Source: an uncultured delta proteobacterium (lineage in GTDB: Bacteria; Desulfobacterota; Desulfobacteria; Desulfobacterales; Desulfatirhabdiaceae). From it: a DNA stretch of 64,000 nt. Below, in pieces: positions 29,667 through 38,881 of the stretch. The position numbers and the translations under genes were made by a program. The stretch is taken from assembly GCA_963789395.1 (NCBI GenBank), contig CAWBKP010000012.1:256001-320000 (forward strand). Reading direction: 5' to 3'. Below the pieces are notes generated by a model that searched no databases, was not told the DNA's origin, and saw nothing but the letters and a program-made list of their open reading frames with translations. The first letter of the stretch is position 1; each line of letters opens with the position of its first letter.

Positions 29667-29763
29667 AATGTTAACTTTAGAATTTGTATCGGATTTCGAT
29701 ATTCATCGATTTTCCGGTTCGGCCTTTTTATCCGGACATGATTTGATTTTTCATTAAAAAGCT

Positions 29764-30693
29764 TCACTCCTGGTTCATGCAGTCACCGTACAGAACGTTC
29801 TTGTGTGAACCGTCCGGCAGCTCCAGAATCAGCGCCCCGGCCGCATCGATATCCAGAGCCCGGCCCGTGGATGTTTCCAGCGGGGTAATCACTGAAACGC
29901 GCCTTCCCAGCGTGCAGTTCAATGCTTTCCATTCAGGAATGGCTTTCTCCAGATTGTCATTCGCCCCATCAAGATAGGCTTGATATTCATCCAGGAAACG
30001 TGCCAGAATTTCTTTTCGGGACACCGGTTTTCCCAGAAGGTTTTGAAGAGAGCAGGCATTGGGTTCATGATCCGTCGGGTCGTTGTTGACGTTGATACCG
30101 ATTCCAACCGTGATAAACGAGACCATTTCCGCTTCGGTTTCCATTTCAGAGAGCATTCCCGATAGCTTTTTGCCGTCAATGAGAATGTCATTCGGCCATT
30201 TGACGGCGGCATTCAACCCGGTCAGTCTCCGGACCGTCCGGCAAAGCGCCAGGGATGCCGCAAAATTGACCCGGAAACTCCATTGGAGCGGAATGACAGG
30301 TCGAAGAATCAGGGTGAAATACAGTCCCCCATCGTCTGAATACCAGGTACGGCGCAGCCTGCCCCGCCCGCTGGTTTGCCGGCCCGCAATCACAACGCTG
30401 AAATGGGGAGCTCCCTTACGCGCCATTTCCCTTGCAATGTCCATGGTGGAAGAAACTTCAGGGAAATAATGAATCAAGGCTTCGCGCTGTGGAAATTCCC
30501 AGGGGAACGGGATGTCCGGCGATCCCAGAAGTTGATACCCCCTGGCGCTTGCTTCAATTTGATATCCACTTTCCTGAAGCTTTTGAATGTGCTTCCACAC
30601 CGATACCCGAGAGATCCCGAGCGATGCGCTCAAGGTTTCTCCGGATACAGTGTCTTGTGTTGATCGGAACAGGCCGAGGATTTTGGATTTCAT
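29764..30693 (-). CDS. birA: Bifunctional biotin ligase/repressor (type II, N-terminal HTH)
   Basis: SGETLSASLGISRVSVWKHI HTH; QTSGRGR, KWPND, KKLSGML. Confidence 0.95.
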   Translation of the reverse strand: MKSKILGLFRSTQDTVSGETLSASLGISRVSVWKHIQKLQESGYQIEASARGYQLLGSPDIPFPWEFPQREALIHYFPEVSSTMDIAREMARKGAPHFSVVIAGRQTSGRGRLRRTWYSDDGGLYFTLILRPVIPLQWSFRVNFAASLALCRTVRRLTGLNAAVKWPNDILIDGKKLSGMLSEMETEAEMVSFITVGIGINVNNDPTDHEPNACSLQNLLGKPVSRKEILARFLDEYQAYLDGANDNLEKAIPEWKALNCTLGRRVSVITPLETSTGRALDIDAAGALILELPDGSHKNVLYGDCMNQE

Positions 30694-30702
30694 TGCGGTG
30701 AT

Positions 30703-30759
30703 CGATTTTCGTTAGCCATAATGTATTGTCAGGTTAACGAAAATCGGAATATCTGTCAA
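30703..30759 (-). promoter_or_regulatory. BirA-type operator overlapping the sigma-70 promoter of birA
   Basis: CGATTTTCGTTAACC-N14-GGCTAACGAAAATCG (14/15 inverted match); TTGACA-N17-TAACCT. Confidence 0.75.
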
Positions 30760-30794
30760 GCCGATTAATTTAAATGGATCATGAGAATCGCGCA

Positions 30795-31442
30795 TCATCG
30801 GTTTTGCAGCACTGAAAAAATGCGGTTTTGAGGGATTGAACCGTCTCTTAGAATCATTGGCGGGTCCTGGCTTACATCCAGGATGGTTGAACCCGCACCG
30901 CCTTTCAGCGGCCCGGCATCCAGGATCATATCCACTGCTGCCGCAACGGCAGGATCAATATCGGTTATCCGCGAACAGCCGTTCAGGCCGGAGATATTGG
31001 CGCTGGTAGCCGTGATGGGTCTTCCGACAGCCCGAACCAGGAGCCGGGCTATCGGATAAACAGGCAGCCGAATACCGATTTTTCCGGTTCCTGCGGTAAG
31101 ACTCGGCAGAAGGCCGATGCCGGCCTTGAAAATCAGGGTGAGTTTTCCGGGCCAGAGTGCGGTCATGATTCGCACCGCTGCATCGGGAATATCTTGAACC
31201 AGATTTTGAATGTCCCGAATATCCGGAACCAGGATCAGAATGGGTTTATCCACCGGCCGCTGTTTGATGGCAAACACCTTTTCAACAGCAGCGGGGTTGG
31301 AAGCATCCGCGGCCAATCCGTAAAGACTGGTCGTTGGAAAGACCACAACCCCGCCGCTGCAAATAATCCGCGCCGCCTCGTTGATGGCGTCCTCTTGCGG
31401 GTGTTTGGCGTTGATCCGGCAAATTTTATCATCGAGATTCAA
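30795..31442 (-). CDS. tsaC: L-threonylcarbamoyladenylate synthase (TsaC/YrdC)
   Basis: VFPTTSLYGL, KQRP..KP, WPGKLT, TATSANISG, GSTILD. Confidence 0.9.
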   Translation of the reverse strand: MNLDDKICRINAKHPQEDAINEAARIICSGGVVVFPTTSLYGLAADASNPAAVEKVFAIKQRPVDKPILILVPDIRDIQNLVQDIPDAAVRIMTALWPGKLTLIFKAGIGLLPSLTAGTGKIGIRLPVYPIARLLVRAVGRPITATSANISGLNGCSRITDIDPAVAAAVDMILDAGPLKGGAGSTILDVSQDPPMILRDGSIPQNRIFSVLQNR

Positions 31443-33207
31443 TTTTTGCAGCTTTCTGTTCCACCTCGGATGCCATCTCGATTTTATATGCTTTCAAAAG
31501 TTTTTCCAGACGGAGATCTGAAAGGGCCAGTATCTGAACCGCCAGTATCCCGGCATTTTTTGCGCCGGATTTTCCAATGGAGACCGTTGCAACCGGAATG
31601 CCAGGAGGCATCTGAACCGTTGACAGCAGGGAATCAAAGCCCTGAAGGCATGAGGAGTCAATCGGAACCCCGATGACCGGAAGCGTCGTATGGGCCGCCA
31701 GGACCCCTGCAAGATGCGCGGCATGGCCGGCGCCGGCAATAATGACCTGGATGCCGCGGTTTGCCGCTGACCCGGCAAATTCGGCTGCCCGTGCAGGGCT
31801 GCGATGGGCGGAAGCAATCGTCATCTGATACGGCACGCCGAATTTTTTCAGGATGACCGCAGCCTCTTCCATGACTGGAATATCCGAATCGCTTCCCATG
31901 ACAATTCCCACCTTGGGAGCGGTTTCAAGCCTTCTGACGGCTTTTTGACCGATATCCATGCGGTAATGCACCCCTTCCCAGGTGATTTTGGAAACTGCAT
32001 GATAGGCCGTTGCAATGGCTTCCTTGACAGAATCCCCGAGTGCCGTGACACCGAGGACTCTTCCGCCACTGGTCACAACGGATCCGATGGTCCCGTTCGC
32101 AAAAGATGTTCCTGCGTGAAACACGATGACATTCTTCATTTTTCGCACATCTTCAAGTCCAAAAATCGGTATGCCTTTTGAATATGCACCGGGATAGCCC
32201 CCGGAAGCCATGACCACGCATACCGATGCCCGAGCATCGATGTCGAGTTTGCATTTGTCAAGCCTGCCATCGATCACCGCCTCCATAATGTCAATAATAT
32301 CATTTTTGATGCGGATCAACAGGGGCTGGGCCTCAGGATCGCCAAACCGGGCATTGAATTCCAGGACTCTGATCCTGTCGTTATCAATCATCAGGCCGGC
32401 GTAAAGAACCCCCTTGTAAGGGCGCCCCTCTGCTGCCATGCCGTTTACGGTCGGTATCATGATCTCCGACATGATTCTTTTATGGAGAGCTGCATCCACC
32501 ACAGGCGCCGGAGAATAGGCGCCCATGCCGCCGGTGTTGGGCCCTTGGTCATTATCGAAAACCGCTTTATGATCCTGGGAGGACGGCAGGGCAAGGACGG
32601 TTTTCCCGTCTGTAAACGCCAGAAACGAGGCTTCTTCGCCGGTTAAAAATTCTTCGATAATCACTTTCTTTCCGGCTTCACCATAAGCCAGATCCAGCAT
32701 GATAAGCTTGAGGGCGCCAAGCGCCTCATCCACATTCTGACAGACCACAACGCCTTTTCCGGCAGCCAGTCCGTCGGCCTTTACCACCAGGGGAAAAGCC
32801 GATTTTTTAATATATGCTTCCGCCTTTTCATACCGGGTAAAGGATTTACTTTCGGCCGTCGGTATCCCGTATTTATTCATCAGGGATTTTGCGAAGGTTT
32901 TGCTGGATTCAATTTCAGCCGCCTTACGGCTGGCACCGAATACTTTGAGTCCTTTTTTCTGAAAAATATCCACAATTCCGAGTGAAAGCGGACCTTCCGG
33001 CCCCACAATCGTTAAATCGATGGCTTCTTTTTTGGCAAACTGAACCAGTTTTTCGATCTCTTCAGCACCAATGGGAACAAGGGTGGCCAGATCCGCAATC
33101 CCGGCATTGCCGGGGGCACAGAATATTTTTTTCACCCGCTTACTCTGCGCAATTTTCCAAATCAGGGCGTGTTCCCTGCCCCCTCCGCCAACGACCAGAA
33201 TTTTCAT
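31429..33207 (-). CDS. purD: Fused phosphoribosylamine-glycine ligase / N5-CAIR mutase (PurD-PurE)
   Basis: [39 protein letters not shown], then [27 protein letters not shown]. Confidence 0.95.
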   Translation of the reverse strand: MKILVVGGGGREHALIWKIAQSKRVKKIFCAPGNAGIADLATLVPIGAEEIEKLVQFAKKEAIDLTIVGPEGPLSLGIVDIFQKKGLKVFGASRKAAEIESSKTFAKSLMNKYGIPTAESKSFTRYEKAEAYIKKSAFPLVVKADGLAAGKGVVVCQNVDEALGALKLIMLDLAYGEAGKKVIIEEFLTGEEASFLAFTDGKTVLALPSSQDHKAVFDNDQGPNTGGMGAYSPAPVVDAALHKRIMSEIMIPTVNGMAAEGRPYKGVLYAGLMIDNDRIRVLEFNARFGDPEAQPLLIRIKNDIIDIMEAVIDGRLDKCKLDIDARASVCVVMASGGYPGAYSKGIPIFGLEDVRKMKNVIVFHAGTSFANGTIGSVVTSGGRVLGVTALGDSVKEAIATAYHAVSKITWEGVHYRMDIGQKAVRRLETAPKVGIVMGSDSDIPVMEEAAVILKKFGVPYQMTIASAHRSPARAAEFAGSAANRGIQVIIAGAGHAAHLAGVLAAHTTLPVIGVPIDSSCLQGFDSLLSTVQMPPGIPVATVSIGKSGAKNAGILAVQILALSDLRLEKLLKAYKIEMASEVEQKAAKIESR

Positions 33208-33616
33208 GGATATCCCTCCTTTGATGAAAATGGGTTTAATCTGTGGCGCCCTGCCCGTTCACTTTTAAATGGAAAAACTACCACATATTCGAGAGAGGCT
33301 GCAATAATCTTTTCATCAAATTGGCACGAATGTATGGCAAACGTTTCAGTCCGCCGTTCATGTCCTGTTTGGGGGACGCGCATGAATAAATTAAGGATTG
33401 CAACATAACAATTCATGATATATAATAAAGGGCTTTATAAGATTGATAGCTGCGTAAAATCCAATATCTGCATTGAGTTTCATCTCTGTCATTGCGGCGT
33501 TCAACCGTCTCTTGCAGCGGATTTGCTCGTCTTGATCTTGAATTTTTACTTTGTCATTCCAATTCATCCGAATTGATCGTTTTCCACTCACAAAAAACAG
33601 GAATACCCATCTAGTC

Positions 33617-35446
33617 ATGAAATCCGTAATGAAAAATGAACACATTCGAAACATTGCCATCATCGCCCATGTCGATCATGGAAAAACCACCCTGGTAGAC
33701 GCCATGTTCCGGCAATGCGGACTGTTTCGCGAAAACCAGGATGTAAACGACCGCATCATGGACAACATGGATCTGGAGCGGGAACGCGGAATCACCATCG
33801 CTGCCAAGAACTGCTCGGTCATCTGGAAAGGGATCAAGATCAACATCATCGACACCCCCGGACATGCCGATTTCGGCGGCGAGGTGGAGCGCGCCCTGTC
33901 CATGGCTGATGGCGCCCTGCTCCTGGTGGATGCCTCCGAAGGACCCCTGCCGCAGACCCGCTTTGTGCTGAAAAAAACCTTTGAGGCCGACCTTCCTGTC
34001 ATCGTGGTGGTCAACAAGATTGACCGCAAGGACGCCAGACCCGCGGAAATTCTGGATGAAATCTACGATCTGTTCATTGACCTGGACGCACCCGAGGATC
34101 AGCTTGATTTTCCGCTGATGTATGCCATCGGCCGTGAAGGAATTGCACAGGCGTCTCTTGACGAAAAAGGCGCCAATCTTCATCCCCTTTTCGATATGAT
34201 TGTCGATTTCATCCCCGCCCCCACCTATGACCCTGAAGAACCTTTTCAGATGCTGGTATCGGATCTGGGGTATTCGGATTACCTGGGCAGGCTGGCCATC
34301 GGAAAAATCGTCAACGGCAGGGTCAAATCAAATGACAGCCTGGTCTGCATCGATGACCAGGGCAGACAGAATCCCCTTAAAGTCACCCGGCTTCAGACCT
34401 ATCAGGGCCTGACCTTCTGCGAAGCCACGGAGGTCGAGCCCGGAGACATCATCGTGCTGTCAGGTATCGAAGATGTCAAGATCGGCGACACGATCTGCAA
34501 CCGCAGCTATCCCAAAGCCTTGAAACGCATTACCGTGGACGAGCCCACCGTATCCATGGAGTTTGGAATCAACAACTCGCCGTTCAGCGGCAAGGAAGGC
34601 AAATATGTTCAGTCCAGCAAAATCCGGGAGCGCCTGTACAAGGAAACCCTGATGAACGTGGGGATCAAGGTCGAGGAAACCGAGAACAAGGAGATTTTTA
34701 CCGTTAAAGGCCGCGGCGAATTTCAAATGGCCATTCTGATCGAGACCATGCGCCGGGAAGGTTTCGAGCTGTGCGTGGGCAGGCCCAATGTCATCTACAA
34801 ATTCAAAGACGGCAAGCAGCTTGAACCCATCGAACGGTTTTTTGTGGACTGCGACGAAAGTTTCATGGGGATTGTCACGGAAAAGCTCTCCAACCGGAAA
34901 GGGAAAATGATCAACCTGGTCAACAACGGCAAGGGCCGGGTGCGGATCGAATTCAGTGTTCCCTCACGGTCCCTGATCGGATACCGGGATGAATTTCTGA
35001 CCGACACCAAGGGAACCGGCATCATGAATTCGTATTTTTCCGGATACGAGGAATACAGAGGGGATTTCCCCACCCGCTTTACCGGCTCCATCGTTGCGGA
35101 CAGACAAGGAGTTGCCGTGCCTTACGCCCTGTTCAATCTGGAACCCAGGGGCCAGCTGTGCGTAGTTGCCGGAACGCCGGTTTATGAAGGCATGATCGTC
35201 GGCGAGCATAACCGGGACAACGACATCAATGTCAATGCCTGCAAGGAAAAGAAGCTGACCAATATGCGGGCTTCCGGAAAGGACGATCACGTGCTGCTCT
35301 CGCCGGTAAAGCCCATGACACTTGAGCGGGCCATTCACTTTATCCGGGACGATGAGCTGGTTGAGGTCACCCCCAAATCCATTCGCCTCAGAAAAACCAT
35401 CCTGGATGCCCATCAAGCGGCATACGATCCGGGCGGCAAAACTTAA
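33617..35446 (+). CDS. typA: Translational GTPase TypA/BipA
   Basis: IRNIAIIAHVDHGKTTL, DTPGHADF, KKLTNMRASG, EVTPKSIRLRK. Confidence 0.97.
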   Translation: MKSVMKNEHIRNIAIIAHVDHGKTTLVDAMFRQCGLFRENQDVNDRIMDNMDLERERGITIAAKNCSVIWKGIKINIIDTPGHADFGGEVERALSMADGALLLVDASEGPLPQTRFVLKKTFEADLPVIVVVNKIDRKDARPAEILDEIYDLFIDLDAPEDQLDFPLMYAIGREGIAQASLDEKGANLHPLFDMIVDFIPAPTYDPEEPFQMLVSDLGYSDYLGRLAIGKIVNGRVKSNDSLVCIDDQGRQNPLKVTRLQTYQGLTFCEATEVEPGDIIVLSGIEDVKIGDTICNRSYPKALKRITVDEPTVSMEFGINNSPFSGKEGKYVQSSKIRERLYKETLMNVGIKVEETENKEIFTVKGRGEFQMAILIETMRREGFELCVGRPNVIYKFKDGKQLEPIERFFVDCDESFMGIVTEKLSNRKGKMINLVNNGKGRVRIEFSVPSRSLIGYRDEFLTDTKGTGIMNSYFSGYEEYRGDFPTRFTGSIVADRQGVAVPYALFNLEPRGQLCVVAGTPVYEGMIVGEHNRDNDINVNACKEKKLTNMRASGKDDHVLLSPVKPMTLERAIHFIRDDELVEVTPKSIRLRKTILDAHQAAYDPGGKT

Positions 35447-35455
35447 AGAAACGGA

Positions 35456-37207
35456 TTAAGAAAGATTGCCCTCGGGGGTCCATCCGCGAAGACGGTAATA
35501 GTCCTGTGTCAGCCTTTTCATTTCTTCGCGGGTGATGCTGCCGCCGGTTTCGAGCGGTTCTTTGAAAAACCGCTCCGGAAGCCGGTCGTCTGCTGCCGTA
35601 AGGCCTTCCTGTAAATTGAAGCGCCGGGCGCTGTCGGTTACCCGTTTTGCAAGGGACACCAGCCCTGTTTTATCCAGTTTAAGGCCCGTGGTCAGAAAAA
35701 TGATCGTGGACAACTCCTCCCAGGTGTAAAAATCCCGGTAGAACCGGCACGTGATCAGGCAGTCATGAAGGGTGCAGCGATCCTCGAAATCCAGAAACAG
35801 TTCGGCCTTGCCGTCATGCTGATTCGGGTCGATGAGGCCTGCCAGCTCCGCCTTGTAGAACGTGCTTCGTAAATGGCAGGCGCCCCTGTCGCTGACCGCA
35901 TAGGCAAGGCCCATTCCCTTCAGGATTCTGGGATCGTATCCTGCGGGTTCCATTCCCTTGACATGAACCGCGATATCTTCAAGCCCCAGTTCGGCGCTGG
36001 CGGTTTTAATGCCTTCTGCCAGAATCGCCCCGATGCCTTCCCTTCGGGATATTTTCTGAAGAATATCCGCAACATGATCCGCATTTCCGTATGCCAGAGA
36101 TTCCTTGATCTTTCCCCGGATCGAAGCTTCAATGGCAAAGGCTGCCATATTTCCTGCCGTGATGGTATCGATGCCCAGCCGGTCGCACAGATCGTTCAAA
36201 TACGCGATTTCCTCGATCTGATCGATCATGCAGAGCCCCCCGAACGCATACAGGGTTTCATATTCGGGCCCTTCCAGCTTCAGGCCTTTATGCCTGCCTT
36301 CCTGAACCTCGATATATTTGCCGCATCCCATAAAACAGCTCAAACAGGCCTTTGGCCGGGCATTGCAGCGCGCCTTCATGCTGTCGGCACTGATATTCTC
36401 CCAACCGTCCATCCTGCCGGAAGCCCAGTACCGGGTGGGAAAAGCGCCGGCCGTGTTCAGAAGGGCCACCATCATCGGGGTGCCATGATTGCGGTATGCT
36501 TCCGTGGCCTTGTGATCCTTTAGCTTTTTCAGCGTTTCTTTTGCATAAGCCTTGATCCCGTCGGGATCGGCAAAGGGCCGCATCCGGCTGCCGTGAAACA
36601 CCACGGCCTTGATGTGCTTGGATCCCATCACCGCGCCCATGCCGGTTCTGCCGGCCGAGCGCCAGTAATCGTTTTCAATGACGGCAAACCGGACCCGGTT
36701 TTCCCCGGCCGGACCGATCACCATGGCGCCGCTGTCGCTTGAGGTTGCAAGGCTTTTTACTGTTTTTTCCGTTTCGTAGCTATCTTTTCCCCACAGCGAG
36801 GCGGCATCGTGAAACCGTACCTCGGTATCGGATATCTCCAGCCAGACGGGTTTTTCCGAGCGTCCCCGAATAACAAAGGCATCGTAACCCGTCCGGCTCA
36901 TGGGTATGGCGATCTTTCCGCCGGAATACGACGCGCCGTAAAAACCGGTCAGCGGCGATTTGGAAAAAATGCCATGCCGGCAGGAGCCGTAAATGGCACT
37001 GTCGGTGACCGGCCCCAGCGCCACAATCAGATGGTTGTCCGGAGAAAACGGATCGACCCCGGGAGGATTGTACTTTAAGAGGAGCTGGGTTCCCAGCCCT
37101 TTGCCGCCCAGTCCCGTTTCAAGAACCTCATCCGATAGCTTCTCAACCCGGGTGGTCTTGTCCGTCATGTCAATAATCAGCAGTCGCCCGAAAAAACCTT
37201 TCATCAC
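35456..37207 (-). CDS. Aldehyde:ferredoxin oxidoreductase (W/Mo AOR family)
   Basis: KSPLTG, IGPAGEN, GRTGMGAVMGSK, C..C..GC, GPEYET, CDRLGIDTI, RGACHL. Confidence 0.92.
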   Translation of the reverse strand: MMKGFFGRLLIIDMTDKTTRVEKLSDEVLETGLGGKGLGTQLLLKYNPPGVDPFSPDNHLIVALGPVTDSAIYGSCRHGIFSKSPLTGFYGASYSGGKIAIPMSRTGYDAFVIRGRSEKPVWLEISDTEVRFHDAASLWGKDSYETEKTVKSLATSSDSGAMVIGPAGENRVRFAVIENDYWRSAGRTGMGAVMGSKHIKAVVFHGSRMRPFADPDGIKAYAKETLKKLKDHKATEAYRNHGTPMMVALLNTAGAFPTRYWASGRMDGWENISADSMKARCNARPKACLSCFMGCGKYIEVQEGRHKGLKLEGPEYETLYAFGGLCMIDQIEEIAYLNDLCDRLGIDTITAGNMAAFAIEASIRGKIKESLAYGNADHVADILQKISRREGIGAILAEGIKTASAELGLEDIAVHVKGMEPAGYDPRILKGMGLAYAVSDRGACHLRSTFYKAELAGLIDPNQHDGKAELFLDFEDRCTLHDCLITCRFYRDFYTWEELSTIIFLTTGLKLDKTGLVSLAKRVTDSARRFNLQEGLTAADDRLPERFFKEPLETGGSITREEMKRLTQDYYRLRGWTPEGNLS

Positions 37208-37276
37208 AGTCCCTTTCCAGTAATATAGGGGCTGAAAGCAGAAAAGAGCAAATCTTCAGCCTTCAGCCTTTTTGCC

Positions 37277-38581
37277 TTAAACCGTCAACTCACTCAGCGT
37301 TTCTTCAAAAATCGACATCCCCTTGTCCAGCTGTTCATCGGTGATCACCAGCGGCATCAGGGTGCGGATCACGTTGCTCTTATGGCCGCAGGACAGCAGA
37401 ACCAGGCCTTTTTCATAGCAGGAAGCCAATATTTTTTTGGTCTCTTCGGTTGCCGGCGCCTTGGTGTTACGATCCTTGACCAGTTCAAGCGCGATCATGG
37501 GACCCTTGCCGCGGACATCCCCGATGATTTCATACTTCTCCTTCATGACCAGAAAGCGTTTCCATAGCTTTTCGCCAAGAGACTCGGCCTTCTGCAGGAG
37601 CTTATCTTCAAACAGCACATCCAGAACCGCCAGGGCCGCCCGGCAGGCGATTGGGTTTCCGGCATACGTACCACCCAGACCGCCGACATGGGGCTTGTCC
37701 ATCATTTCCTTCCGTCCGATAACAGCGCTCAAAGGCAGCCCGCCACCCAGACTTTTGGCCAGGGTAATGATATCCGGCGCTATGCCCCAGTGGTCGATGG
37801 CAAACATTTTGCCGGTTCGTCCGGCGCCCGTCTGCACCTCATCAATGATCAGGGCAATGCCGTATTTCTGACAGATGCTCTGAAGTTTGGGGAAATATTC
37901 CGGTGGGGGGGTGACAAATCCACCCTCTCCCTGAATGGGTTCGGCAATCACCGCAGCCGTAGACTCCGCTGACACGTAGGCCGTGAAAAAATCTTCCAGG
38001 TAGTCTGCGCAGGCTGTGCCGCAGGAAGGGTAGGAAAGCCCGAAGGGGCATCGGTAGCAGTAAGCGTAAGGCATGCGATAGACTTCCGGTGCAAAGGGGC
38101 CGAAACCGAATTTATAGGGCTTCACCTTGCTCGTCAGGGTCATGGTCAGCAGGGTCCGGCCGTGAAACGCGTTTTCAAAGCTTATGACCGCGGGCCTTCC
38201 CGTGGCATATCTGGCAACCTTCACGGCATTTTCAACCGCTTCCGCGCCGCTGTTGGCAAACATGGTCATTTTGGGAAAATCGCCGGGCGCAAGGGCATTG
38301 AGTTTGGCGGCCAGTTGCAGGTAAGGTTCATACATGGCCACGTGAAAACACGTGTGAATGTATTTTTCAGCCTGATCCTTGATGGCTGCAACCACCCGTG
38401 GATGGCAGTGGCCCACATTGTTGACGCCGATGCCGCCAGCAAAATCGATGAGTTCCCGGCCATCCACATCGATCATCACTGCGCCTTTGGCCTCCCGGAT
38501 AAAAGCTGAGGTGATATTAAACGGTCCCTGAGGAATATGTTGCTTTCTAAGATCCAGTAGTTCCTGTATTGAGTTGGTCAT
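37277..38581 (-). CDS. gabT: 4-aminobutyrate--2-oxoglutarate transaminase (class III PLP)
   Basis: DFAGGIGV, NSGAEAVENAVK, FHGRT, KVKPYK.GFGPF, EPIQGEGGF, DEVQTG, AKS. Confidence 0.88.
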   Translation of the reverse strand: MTNSIQELLDLRKQHIPQGPFNITSAFIREAKGAVMIDVDGRELIDFAGGIGVNNVGHCHPRVVAAIKDQAEKYIHTCFHVAMYEPYLQLAAKLNALAPGDFPKMTMFANSGAEAVENAVKVARYATGRPAVISFENAFHGRTLLTMTLTSKVKPYKFGFGPFAPEVYRMPYAYCYRCPFGLSYPSCGTACADYLEDFFTAYVSAESTAAVIAEPIQGEGGFVTPPPEYFPKLQSICQKYGIALIIDEVQTGAGRTGKMFAIDHWGIAPDIITLAKSLGGGLPLSAVIGRKEMMDKPHVGGLGGTYAGNPIACRAALAVLDVLFEDKLLQKAESLGEKLWKRFLVMKEKYEIIGDVRGKGPMIALELVKDRNTKAPATEETKKILASCYEKGLVLLSCGHKSNVIRTLMPLVITDEQLDKGMSIFEETLSELTV

Positions 38582-38665
38582 TGATTTCTCCTTTTGTATT
38601 TTTTTGTTAATATCCATTATGCGTATTGAGGGTAGTATGATTAAATCACGTCACATTTGTAATCT

Positions 38666-38681
38666 CGCAAAGAATATACCA
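38666..38681 (-). promoter_or_regulatory. Sigma-54 promoter of gabT-aor
   Basis: Minus strand TGGTAT-ATTCT-TTGCG (GG-N10-GC). Confidence 0.7.
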
Positions 38682-38801
38682 TATCCGAAAAGAGGATTCT
38701 TTATCAATGAGCTGGCCGAAAAGCGGCACTGTCAGCATCGATTCAGAAGGTCGCTGTGCCGGGCTATCTATATTGTCATTCAAAAAAAATGCTTTCAATC
38801 C

Positions 38802-38837
38802 AATGCAGCGTTGCATTTAATATGCAATTGTGCATAT
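38802..38837. promoter_or_regulatory. Tandem palindromic EBP upstream activating sequences
   Basis: ATGCA-gcgt-TGCAT (38803-38816) and ATGCA-attg-TGCAT (38822-38835), 120-155 bp upstream of the gabT sigma-54 promoter. Confidence 0.6.
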
Positions 38838-38881
38838 ATTGAAGTAAAAACGCATGGATCCTTTCTGAACTGGAAATCCCG

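Noticed and set aside
29667..29700. Second BirA site at bioY (AATGTTAAC)
   Set aside because: Only one half-site; the partner position is occupied by a repeat-like sequence
33321..33340. TTGGCACG sigma-54-like -24 element upstream of typA
   Set aside because: No GC at the required N10 spacing
33208..33420. ZTP or purine riboswitch upstream of purD-purE
   Set aside because: No match to the conserved aptamer cores that I can recognise
37228..37275. GGCTGAA...TTCAGCC TTCAGCC short repeats between gabT and aor
   Set aside because: Too short to call; at most a minor intercistronic hairpin
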